The notes under the pieces were generated by a model. That model saw only the letters and a list, made by a program, of their open reading frames with translations, searched no databases and was not told where the DNA came from. DNA of 64,000 nt from Utricularia gibba (lineage: Eukaryota > Plantae > Magnoliophyta). Where the stretch lies: the NCBI GenBank assembly GCA_002189035.1, contig NEEC01000004.1, positions 4,278,001-4,342,000 of the forward strand, in the 5' to 3' direction. The number at the start of each line of letters is the position of its first letter. Position 1 is the stretch's first letter. A program made the position numbers and the translations under genes. Positions 24,655-41,909 of the stretch are shown one piece after another.

Positions 24655-27600
24655 TCAGGGGAACTGGAAGGAGCCCCGATCTGAGTGTTGCCTGCCGGAG
24701 GGGAAATCGAGACCCAGAGGAGCGAAATGGTGATGGCGATGAGACCAGACCAGACGAAGACGATGGTCGGAGTTCTTCCCCGCCGCCCCATCAGCCCCTT
24801 GGCGAAGGGGTACAGATGAGCCAGCACCCAGAAGCTGAAGAACACACCGCCGAGGAGGCGACTCCACTGCGGAATCGTGCTGTATATCGTCCTGCTCACG
24901 CCCACCGCAATGGCGATCAGGTTTGTTATCATGATGGTTATAGGGGGGATCATCAGGGATGACCATTTTATGATGTAGAGATCAGCGAAGTCTTCGTCTG
25001 CTTCGTCGCCGGCGGATTTGGATGTTAGGGTGAATGAGATCTCGATCCCGGCGATCACCTTCAGAAGGCCCTGGATGACGGCGGCGAGGTGGGCGCTGGT
25101 GCCTCCGATCAGCCAGAACTGCTCATTTCTCCACCACTCCTCCAAGCTGATGCCTGACCACTTGATCTCAAGCATGGCGAGTACGCAGAGAGTCATCGTA
25201 ATGACCAGAAGATAGACCAGGAAGCTAATATTCAGTGACTGCACGATGAACTGCCCAGAGAAAAGGGAAAGCGCCGGCAGGAAGCAGTAGACGATCAGGA
25301 AGATGGAGGTGAAGGGGTAGATCCCCACGTTGAGGTAAGCGATTCTCTGCAAGACCTTCATCCTTGAACTGGCTAACAATGCATTGTTCCTCGAGAAGAA
25401 TATCTCAACAGAGCCAGTCGCCCAACGGAGCACCTGGTGCAGCCTGTCGGTCAGGTTGATGGGTGCAGTGCCGCGGAAAGCATCCCTTTTGGTGACACAA
25501 TATATCGACTTCCAGCCGCGGTTGTGCATTCTGTAACCTGTCACCACATCCTCAGTCACCGATCCATAAATCCATCCCACTCTGTTGCCCCATTCCGTTT
25601 TCTCCTCATACCAGCACGAGATCACACTGATTGCCTCAGCAACAGTTGATGCGTCTAGCAGTTCCCTTGGGATGGTCAGTGCACCTGGTGCCCGTCCATT
25701 TTTAATGGAGGGGTGATCTGCCAGCGGCCTTCCCTGGAACTCAGCTACTGGAATGGAGTCAATAAGGAAGCTTGAGTTGCCAAACCTCTTGGAGAATATG
25801 GAAGGGTTCATTTCGTCATCTTCTGAATCTCTAAGAGCACGGTGCTCCTCTGGCGCAGAAGAAATTGATGCACTTTTCTTTTGACGAGGCAAGCAGCACC
25901 CACACCAGCCTGAGTGTTCTTTAGTTCGTGGAGGGTCAAAGCCATACAGAGCTGTCCTTCGAAAGAGACATCCTGTGCCAACATAAACTGGACCTTGAAG
26001 GCCATCCAAAGCCCTCATGTTCACATCAAAGAAGACAGTGTTATGATTTGCATATCTATCAGATGGATCGATACCCTCAAACCTCTGAGGGAACTGGACA
26101 TAACAAATCCGATCTCCACCGCGATCCATCATGAAGCACATACCTTCCCGTATTGCCTGTGAGTTGTATATGTAGTGATCACAGTCGAGGTTTAGTATAA
26201 ATGGGCCATTAGACATGATCGCCGATGCTCGAACCAATGCATTCATAGCCCCTGCTTTTTTGTTGTGGTCATATCCTGGCCGCTTTTCGCGGGAAACATA
26301 GACAAGCAGTGGAAGGCGAATGTCCACCTCACTGAAATCCAGCGAACTGCTCTCAGAGGTTCCATAAAGGGGTTCGTCACTGGGGGGTTTCAGCATCACC
26401 TGCAGATCAAACAGCCATTAGTGACGGCATATTATCTTATACGCATACGTAACAGAAAGAAAAAGATACCTGAATGATCCCAGCATGATCACCCTTCGCG
26501 TGTTCAGGAGATGAAACAGTCCATGTCCCCGGCCAATGTGTTCCATCAGCCATCCATGTTGCGCGGGAAACCTTCACTGCTTCATACTGCTCATCTTCTG
26601 AATGTTGTCTCTGATGCTTCATTGCCTTGATTTCTTCACGAGCATTATATGCATCAGAACGGCGCCTAATAGAATCAGGCAGACCATTGATTCTGACCTT
26701 GAATTCATCATACTCACGCTTGACTCTTCTTCGATCCTTGACAAAATCAGGGCGCACCTTATTCTTGAGGGGATCCCTTTTCAGACCAAAGTAACTTTCT
26801 GGATTTCTAGGTTCAATATCGTGTTTACGGCAAAATGGGACCCACAAGTTAGCAAAGCTTGCAGCTTCAGCCATTGCTTCAAATGTAAGAAGGGAACCCC
26901 CATCATCAGAAACATAGCAAGAAAGCTTTTCAGCAGGGTAATCAGCAGCAAGAATAGAAAGAATTGTGTTTGCGGTAACAAGAGGTGGTTCTTTTTCAGG
27001 ATCGGCAGTGGACACAAACATATCGACCCCAGGAAGATCAGACTTTCCAGTTGGATTTGCAGGGGAAGGGGCCTCAAACTTGTCTTTCAAAACACCAAGA
27101 TCAGCGGCTCGATTAACAGGGCACAATTTAGGGAGCTGATCAAGTAGCCATGAGAAAGCAAACCAAATCTCGCAAATAACTGACATCAACCAGAGCCATC
27201 GTGCATCCTGATTAGGGTGCCTGATCCTCCATGCCAGAAATAGACCAAGAACAACCATTCGGACAAAGATTAAGAGCCTGGTGGAATTAGTAGAAGAAAA
27301 AGTCAAATTTTGAAGCATGGTGCTCAGAACCAAATATCAAAATCGTGAGCATAGTCTCGCGCCATTTCTAGTCTATCAACAGGGTTCTTCAGTTTCACTA
27401 AAGCAGCAAAATAATAAAAAAAAATGAAATTGTATATGCACAATCAAGCACTTCAAATTCTTGATCTCACAAGATCCTGCTGCATAATGTTTCAAATTTT
27501 CCCATTTTGCATAATTAATAAAAACTTGATGCAACCAAACCATGAGAACCAAAATGATAATACACCACCAAAAGAAAACTACCTGTATGGGCTGATTATT

Positions 27601-28478
27601 GCAGCAGGCACCTTGAGTTTGCGAGTCAGTGGTCTCCATGGCTTGCTGAGTAGTTCTGAAGGACCGGAACCCTCATCAATTTTGTCATTAGTGGACCCTT
27701 CGCCATCCCTAGGCCAGATTGCATTGCCATAGCCATAAGTACCCTGTGTCTCAAAAAGCCATTTGTTATGATCAAAATCCACGCCAGTTTGGCTTCTTGA
27801 GAGGCCTGATTGACTCCTCATTATTTGGGACCTATTTGCAGATTTCATCAATGATAGCCTTCTCTCCATCTTGGACATACTACCGGTCGGTGGCAATGGT
27901 AATGCCTGGACGGATTCCACTGGATTTGGCAATAAGTCTGTATTCTGGTATGGTTCCTTACAACCAGGACATATTCCGTCACCTGTCTTAGCAGAATCAA
28001 TGAAACAATCACGACATATTTTGAAACCACAGTCACATGGAAGAATATCTTGACCCCTCTCATCACTCATCACTTTTCCATCACACCCTGGTACAGCACA
28101 TGAGGATCCTTTAGCACCAGCCATCTGGGGATGATTAGCCTCAGAATCAATCACCTTATCCATCAAGTGTGCACGAGTAACACTATTGAAGCCACCTGTG
28201 AAGAGCGAACTAGAAACATATTGCTCTTCAACCCTCTGTGCAATCAGAGAAGGTTCTATCCTCAACGACATTGAAGCATCCATGGGCTGATTATCTGGCG
28301 TTGGTGGTATATGAACCGTATACTCTGCGAAGTCAGCACCATTCATCTCACTATCAAGGCTATCTCTGGACAGGTTGACATACCGACCAGAAGACGTCCT
28401 CCTCTTGAAGGTAACTGAAGGGTTATCCAAACCTCTTCCGCTTTGTGAATCAGAAAGCCTGGAAGATCTTCCAGCCAT
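24655..28478 (-). CDS. CSLD3: Cellulose synthase-like D (CSLD2/3-like), 3 coding exons; apparent 1-nt frameshift 6 codons before the stop
   Basis: Exons 28478-27583, 27277-26470, 26399-24655. [18 protein letters not shown]-like CxxC region, VSDDGG, LDCDHY, TED and QVLRW signature. The C-terminus reads QIGGSFQFP* once the 24674-24677 run is corrected. Confidence 0.95.
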
Positions 28479-31299
28479 TTGCACGAAAATTTGAAATGAA
28501 AATCTATATTTTATGCCTCAAAGAACCTGAAAATCATAACAAATTAAATCAGGCATTCGTTATTTGTTTCAACTACGAAAACATAACATCGAAAATTACT
28601 AGCACTTTCTACCACACCAAAAAATCTCTACAAATCTCCACTCCTCATGGTAAAGAAATCATCCTTGAATCACATGGAAACCCATTTTTCTTCAACAGAC
28701 CCATAGATTCCGCCCCATGAACCACAAGCAGATGAACATGAAAAATACCAATCATCTGCAGAAATCCGGAATTTGACTTTCCGACTAATGGAATGTTTTA
28801 TAGAACTTCAACTCCAGGCAATAAAAGAGTGTGAATATTTCAAACCGTACACGCTCTTTATATGTTGCCACCGGGAAAATAGACTCAGTAAGAAGCCACA
28901 TCACGCAGGGAAACGACCAAAACAAAGACGAGTGAAGAACTGGCAACAGCCACCAATTTCTTTTTTAATAAAAAAAAAAAACAAGAATGTGAGCCCCATA
29001 CGAAAGCAGCGCTAGAATAAAAAAAAACTCTATAGCGCAACGACTCGGTCCTATACAATTACTCAGTCAAGAGGTTCACAGAAACATTCCAAAACAGAAT
29101 CGCAGTTGCAGAGCAGCTTCGAAAACTTACTCAGCCGAAGTCACAGGCAGCGTTGTAAGCAGATCGAATCGGCTGTCAGAAAAAAAAAACGAGAATCGGA
29201 AATGCGTTAAAGTACAGAGGTCGATACTCCGTCAACACGCGGCGGCAGTGGGAACACAGAGCCAGGAACCGATTCGGATGTCTAGTTTACCTTGAGAGAG
29301 AACTGGAGATCGCAGCCGCGGAGAATGAGCTGGAATTGAAAAGGAATGGGGTTTTGCAGAAAACAACGGCAGCGGCGGATGTGTGCTCGAATTGAAACAT
29401 TTTGACGTTTCCTTTTTTTTTTTCTTTTTCCGTTTAGAAAAGGAAAAAAGGGAATGGCGTGAAATCTATTATTATTTGATGAGATATTTTGAACCCATTT
29501 TCTGACCGTTGGCGGTGGGTGGGGTTGGAGCTTAAAACCCTAGCCTGAACAGATTTGAATGTATAATAATATATTATATAATTGAATTGTTTAATAAATG
29601 AGTTTAATCAACAATAAAAATTTGAGATATCAAATGGATAAAATAAAATAAAATGCAGAAAATAGGTTGATAGGAATTATTCTCATGAAAAAATAAATAA
29701 TTCTTGAAGAAATTCTAAATTAAACCTTCTAACCAAACACATTATTTTACAAATTATTTGTATAAAAAAAATCAGGGTGATTTAAAAATCCGTGGGAAAA
29801 TATTTATATTATATTTTTTTATCTGGAAGTTAATATAAATGAACCTAAATTGAGAGATGGGGAAAAGTAAGAGTTGGCAATAAATACTTCCCGTGGGAAC
29901 AGCAAAATGGCGTGTGGAACTGTGGATGGGTTGGAGGCTGCTCTTTGAACTTTGTGGGAGAAAGAGAAAACGACGGCGTTTTGATCAACAACCACGCCAG
30001 CTGGTGAATTCTGTTTTGCCAGCAAGCACGACTTTCGTTGAACAAATAGCATCTAACCTCGGCATCCATCCAGGCGCCGATGCATCAATAAATAAATAAA
30101 AATGAAGATTAATAAAAAGAATATGAGAAAACCGTCGGACTGCAGGAAAAGGCAAGGCTGTTGGTTTCTTTGTGCTCCATGATGCAAGCGGGTCGCAAAT
30201 TTCATGAGGTATATTTAGCCACTGTATTTTAATTATGATAAAAATAAACATGGTATAAGGCTTGATAATCAATTTTCTAAATGATCTCAAACTTATGATA
30301 CTCTATTATATCAAGTTTTTTTTTGTATGATAAAATTTTTTAAAATAATATATATCAATAGAAACGATACCTTCAAATATTATAAAAGTAAAAAATTAGT
30401 AAAATGATAGATGATGAAAGTTTCGTGGAAATAATAAAAATGGTTCGAACAATCATTTATTTAAATATGCATGCATTACTCTTCATTTATTCTGTATCAA
30501 TTGAAATAGTTATAATTGAAATATATCGATTGGTTTTATAGAAACTTCATGAGAATATTCATTCCTAAAAACTTTATTCTATGGGTAAAACACCCTCGTT
30601 GCAAAGAAAATTTGTCATTAACACCTCCAATCCTATGGGTAGAATTGAAGTATTTTCTGAATAAGAATTTAATTTTACCCACTATCTTTTAATATATTCG
30701 TAATCGAAAAATACATGTTCCAAGATAGAGGTTCTGCACAAATACCGTAATCATAATAAGTAAAATAATGTCTATATCTATAAGCTTCCCGCATATTATT
30801 CATATTTCTTCTTAATCAATAGCCAAATACATATTATTTTCATCGACTAATTTGATCTTTCTCGATTTTCTAACTCTATAATAATTATATTAATATATTT
30901 AATAATTTTTTTAATATTAATTACATTTACTTGTTGTCAAACTTAATATAAAATTATTCCTCCCATAGATAATGTTGATTTGTGTTTACTAACTCTATAA
31001 TAATACCAAAATTTTATATAATACGTATTTATTTAATGATTAATAAGTTAAATGTATTATTAATTAAAATATAAAACCACTAAAATAATCGAATTGAAGT
31101 TTCCTCCCAAAATGCTCATGATTCATGACTTCCTCAAGGACAAATTGGCCCACCAATTAGTATTTATTAGTCAACGAGAAGACACATTTAATAGACCGAA
31201 ACACCCTCTTTTGGAAGGAAATCAAAACTGTATTGCTTGAGCAACACGTATATTGTGAGGGCGAGAATAGTCAAAACACATATGAATTAAAACACAACT

Positions 31300-31311
31300 G
31301 ACGTGGACGCG
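31300..31311 (+). promoter_or_regulatory. Adjacent ABRE-like (ACGTGG) and CGCG-box motifs upstream of the RCD1-like gene
   Basis: Sequence ACGTGGACGCGG just before a pyrimidine-rich leader. Function is inferred only. Confidence 0.3.
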
Positions 31312-32286
31312 GCATTTTCCGCTAGCAAGTTGAACTTCTGCCCTTTTCGTTTTCCCATTTTTTTTTCCGCAAATTTCCTCTGGTTTGGATGATTGGTTGT
31401 CTAGGTTTTTCTTTTTGATTTACTTTCGTTTAGGGAATCAGGTCTTCTTGAGGCATGAACGATGAAATTAATCCGACGACTCCTCTTTTTTGTATAGATC
31501 TATGAGTCTTTCGTTTATCGAAGTTAGGTTTTTAGGTTTGCAATAATTGCTGCTGGAATTTGCACGGAACTGCGCTTCTGTCGATCTAAGGTTGTTCATC
31601 GATTGTTTTGCTTAAGTTTTTTGTTGATGATTTATGTTTGAATCGATCGCGAAACTGTGGATCGCAGGGAATTCGATAATTCGATAATTTATGACATCAA
31701 ATTCGTTTTTTTTTAAATAATAACAAAATCTTGAAAGCTCAGAAAGTCAGATCTTTTGGATTTCCCTTATTTTTATTTGATTCTGGAAGCTATACGGCGT
31801 AAGTTATTTTCATGTTTTTCTTGGGGCACGTTTCTTCTCTTTTTATATGTTTTGGTTGACTTTCTGAAGCTTAAGGATTTCAGTGTTGATTAGAACACTA
31901 ATTTGTGCATGCTATTTTCCGTGCTTTATAAACTTATGCGCTAAAACACCCCAAAGACGTTGAAAACTGGTTAATATACGCAGCGTGTGCCCCTTGTTCG
32001 CCTTAAGTGTATTCCTATCGTTATCTTTATTTCCATATGTGCAGACATATTTAAGCTTATCGATTTGCGTTTTCTTCCTCAAACTGATGCAGCTGCAACC
32101 GCTAGAGTAGTTCAACTTGCATAGCCAGGGAGTCTGTCTTCTTGAGCAGCTATCCTTGTGTTCTGGCTTTCTTCTCAGTAGCAGTGGCTACTGGATGTTT
32201 CCAGTAGTATAATAAATTGTAAAGAAATTTTGTCTTTTGAAATTTTGCTGTGATTTGGCGGATATTAATTGATCTGGTTGGTCAAA

Positions 32287-35200
32287 ATGAACAGAAAATT
32301 AGAACAGGTATTGGATACTGAACGCCTTGTGCTTGATCTCAAAAGGACGCATTCTGATCATGGCTCCATCTGTTCCTCTGGAAAAGTTAGTTTTCCTTTG
32401 GATTTATCTTGTGTTTTATCCTGCTCTAAGCTCCCGAAGAGGAGGAGATTGGATGCATCTGGTCGATGTGATTTTCAATCAGGAAGACGGTTGCTTAAAT
32501 GTTATTCTGATTTCAAGAGAACTGGAAATTTACAGCGCCTCCTTTACTATCAGAATGATGAATGGATTGATTTCTCTGAATCTGTCGTTGAACTTGTTAA
32601 TAAGGACCTTATTAAGAATACATCCGTTGAAGTGCAAGTCAGTGGTAGTAGGATTTTGCTAGATTTCTTACAGAAGATGCAGTGGGACTTGGATACTGGT
32701 TCGTGTAAGTCTATTGCGTGGATTGATGTTTCTGGAAAGTGTTTTTTCCCTGAAGAAATTTTTAATGATTCTGACGGTCATGTATTTGAACCTAAGCATG
32801 TGGAAGATTGTGATCTGATAGAAGCCGAGCCTCAGGGATACAGTGATGTGAAGTTGAATTTGGAGATTGAAGTACGTGCATTTGATTATGAAGGTAGTGG
32901 AGATTGTGATGGCGAAAGCATTGATTGTGGTGCCAAAGGCTCACCTGTACAAAATGATCACCATTTACTAAATGGGAAATTGGAAGAAAATTTGAACCTT
33001 GAGGTCACCAGTGTAAATCGATCAGCAGACTTCAGTGCTGTGAGGGATATATTTTTTAAAGCTATAAAGCCCGATACAGCAGAAATTGTTGCCATCCGTG
33101 AATGCAAAAGTTTAATATTGGATTCCCATTTTGAGCTTTTTGAGAAACAGTTGGAAATCACTAAAAAGTATCGTGGCGATGGGAATGTGAGATATGCTTG
33201 GTTTCCTTGCCCAGATGGTACTGTTCAATCCATACTCAACTTTGGTATAGGTCACTACAATCTCCACAAGGATAATCGTTTCAATGGTGCTGGGCTTTGT
33301 CTTATCCCTGCCAATGGAACTCAGTTTAGGTATGCTACTACACTTTTTTTTTTTTTGCTTGTGCTTTGGTATGATCCACCAGGTAGGTATGTATGGTGGT
33401 CTTGGAAACTATGGTCATACCTGAGGCCACAGAGTGCTGTATAATGAGAAGGATTTGATACATATTGGCCCCAACTGGTCTGCAATAACAGAGTTTGCTG
33501 AATCTGCCGAAGAGGACTTATTAATTTTGTTTATTGGCACGCACCAAATTGCACCTTAGCCATAGAAAATTGCCATAAGGAATTGCATTAATCGCTGATT
33601 CATTACTTTAAGGATTTATACGAAACATGGGGAAGATTCACTAAATAAAGCTATTTTTATGCCCCTTATGCTCGAGTGTTGAGATCCTTTCCTGTTTGTA
33701 TTGTAACCATATGTAAATAATTCGTGCATTGTACTGTGATTCTTTCCTTCTGTTGAGTGTGCTCTGAGTTGAAAAGCATTTTAGCCGCGCCACCCTCCCC
33801 CCCCCCCCCTTCCCCCCTGATTTTACCTTGTTTTTTGCAGTATCAGTGATATTGATGCCGAAGAAAATGGGTCACGCCATGTAGTGCTTTGCCGTGTTAT
33901 AATGGGAAATATGGAGGTTGTTCATTGTGGGTCAGAGCAGTCCCATCCCAGTAGTGACAACTTCGATAGTGGAGTTGATGACCCTCAGGCTCCAAGTTGC
34001 TATATTCTGTGGACCATGAATATGAATGCTCGTATCTATCCAGAATGTGTTGTTAGTTTCAAAATCACCTTACAAACTGAAGGATACGGTATAGTAATGC
34101 ATTTCTTCTTTCCAGTTTTCAGTGGGCTTCTTCTGTATTCTTTGATGGATGGTTTTGTCATTTACCGCATTCCTGCTTCTAATTTTTACGGCCCACTGAT
34201 GTTTGTTTACGTTTTTCTTGGTGAAGTTTTACTAATTTTCTTCTAAATTTGGATTTCTGGTTCATTCCTGATCCCCATTGCAGTGTGTGAATCTAGCAAT
34301 GTGCCTGGAGTTGGTGCTTCTACTTCCATTCCTAGCAATAAGAGGCTACCTGCCAATGTAATGTCCTACATCTCTGGTGATAAATTTTATTTTTCTTCAA
34401 TCATATTGTTTTTCTCGCTAAAAAGATGCATACTTCTTGGGATTATAAACCCATTAAGGATTTTCTTGGTTGAGTTGCCTAATTATTTCTATTGCAAAAA
34501 AGTGGATTCTGTATTTTTTGCACAGGATGTATATAGATTTTTTTACTAGCTTTTTGTTGTCTTTCGTTAATCTTCTGAAGGTTAAGATTTTTTGGTCATG
34601 TGGAAAGGAGCCTTAAATGGCTACCATAATTTTTTTACCTGAAACTTACATTGAGCTGTTGGAGACTGAATGAACTTTGGCAGGCATAATGCTTTATTTT
34701 CTTCAAATTCCTTCTATCACCGCCTTAGTAGTATATTTTACTGCATCATATCTACACTATGTAGATGCCATATGGGATATTGGTTTGAGCTAGTTTCGGT
34801 GCCTGTGTTGATGGTCTTTCTTTTGTTGATATGTTCTTAAATCGGGTGGGGTATCTAATCTCGTCTCTTTATCCATTTTTCTCTTATTGCTCTCTCGCCT
34901 CATCTCTGCCACTTGGCTTCATCTGGCTCAGAAGCTGAACATCAGCATCATGTCGCAGAAACATAGAGCATAGTAGCGGTCGTTTGAACACCCTGTGATT
35001 CAGATGTGGATATACACAGGATAATCATTGCTCAGTTTTTAATATTTTTTTCATTATTCTAAATGTAACACTGGATGGGAACTTATTAGATTGCATTAGC
35101 GTGAAAGTAGTATGGAAGAACCATGTTATTGGAACCGTAATTGTGTCACAGGCTAGCATCAACATCCATAGAAGGCAGAGCTTTTATGAGCTCGTGTTGT

Positions 35201-35700
35201 TTGACAATGATATGTGATTTGCTTTTTTCTTGAAGCTTATATAGGTTTTCATTTGCTTCCGCCGCTCATGTTGCATCTCATTCACAACATATAGGTAAGT
35301 ATTCCAAAGAGCCCCTGGATGCCATTTCCCGTGCTCTTCACCTGCATTTCAAGTAGGATCTCCCCTCAGAAGATGGAGATTGTCAGACTGTACTATGACT
35401 TGTTCAAGGTACACGTGCTCTCGCTTTTATATTCGCTGTATCTCGCCCAAGCACCAACTCTGCGGTGTTTCTTATCTCGTACTCGGCAGACTAAGATGAT
35501 CCCCGGGATTCCTTCATCGCAAAGTTGAGGGTGATTGTTGGGGATGCTGTGTTGAAATCAGCAATCACAAGCCTAAGGCGCGAGGTTAGCACCTTCATAC
35601 CCAGCATTCATATATTTTTTACTTCTACAGTTGTAACGTTTCCTTTCTTGTTTTTCCATAGATCCCTGAGGCATCGACCTCCGTTGTCGAGACGTCTTAA
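32287..35700 (+). CDS. RCD1-like: RCD1/SRO1-like WWE-PARP-like-RST protein, 6 coding exons; apparent 1-nt frameshift in the RST domain
   Basis: Exons 32287-33330, 33841-34088, 34284-about 34358, 35295-35408, 35490-about 35584, 35662-35700. NLS KRRRL, WWE ...SIAWIDVSGKCFFPE, PARP-like NVRYAW and LCRVIMGNME, RST PKSPWMPFPVLF...KLRVIVGD. Confidence 0.88.
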
Positions 35701-37199
35701 CTCAAGTTTTCATATGGAACCTGGTGGACTAAGTCAGCAGACTGCAGTGATGTATGGCACTCGGTACTACTACTGCACCAGTTGCGTCATGTTGTGTTTC
35801 TCTTGTCGAGTAAGTTCGTTCATCACTCTGCGTCTGATATGGAGATTGTCGTATGTGTTGGTGTCAAGTGAACTCCCGAGTAAACTAGGCATGGTTGATG
35901 GTATTATGATATGAAAGTGGTTACTTCCTAGTTGTGCATGCCATGCATCTTCTGATACAACACCTGAGCGCACCATTAGTTTGTTGGCATAGCAAACAGG
36001 CTCCTGGCTTGCGTCTCCCTTAAAGCGCATCCATGTGACAAAGGATCCTCTGTAATCCGAGGCGACGATCGTGCAGCTGAAATGAATTGAGTTAACTATG
36101 CAATGTTGCTTTTAGGTAACTTGGCTATGAATGCAAATCGGCAGGTGCAGTGGTGAATGAGCTGCGGCCGTGGCTTCATTCCACTCCAAATCCCTCCGGT
36201 CCCCATACCCATTATTTTGGCAGCTTTTGGTTGCCTTTAATGCAAGCTTTGGGCGACAGCCATTCACCACCTCATTTGTGCTGCTCGGGCCACGGCTGTA
36301 TTTAGAGTAATTTAACATTTTTTTCATAAAAAATGATTACTTTTGTTTCAAAAAATTCAAAAATTCAGGAATACTTAATTTTCTAAAACTGTAGACTCTT
36401 ATATTTTATTTTTTTCTTTCATTTTTTTGATAAAGTAAGCCAAATACGACCCAAATATCTGATCAGTGAAAGAGTAATAATCACCTCACTACATGATTGG
36501 TAAAAAAGATTTAACTGATAGGCCATTTAGAAATCTGACTATGAAACCAGATTTGTAAATGACCCATTGATTGAGAGGTTTATGGGCAGGATAGTTTCTT
36601 TGAAGATCTCTGGCACAGCAGTTAATCTCATGCACTGAGGTAAGGCTTTGATATCATAGAACTGGATTATGAAAACCAATGCATGTGATATGAAAGGAAT
36701 GAGGACATTTCACTTCAACTATTATTCATGTAGTCATCAGGCACCAATGGCTAGAGACTACAAAAAGAATCAACTACCGAGGGGGTGGGGAGGCAAGCAG
36801 CATCTATGACATTAGTGAGCCGCCGCACAATTGCGGCGTGCTTACAAAAACAAATGAACTGTTAGATGAACTACATGTACACCCCAAAAGGAACTATACC
36901 AGGAATCTACTAACCCTATTTGCATCTGGAACAGGAGAGATTTGATTCTCCAGCGGCCAGCCTGAGAACCATAAGAATGTGATCAGCATGCAGATCGCCC
37001 CCAGATTGAGGGACTTGCAAAAATAATGTATGTTCAACCGCTTTAAATCTAAAGTAATTTCAATTCTCTTTCCTGTGAAGGATGCTCTAACCATAACTTC
37101 CCCTGTTGTTAGACTCAAGCAAATGTTGTTAGCAAGGTCAGGCTGACGGAAGATGCTCCAGCAGCAGATATGTCAAGTGCTGATTCATGGCAGTATGTA

Positions 37200-41909
<4,710 letters not shown>

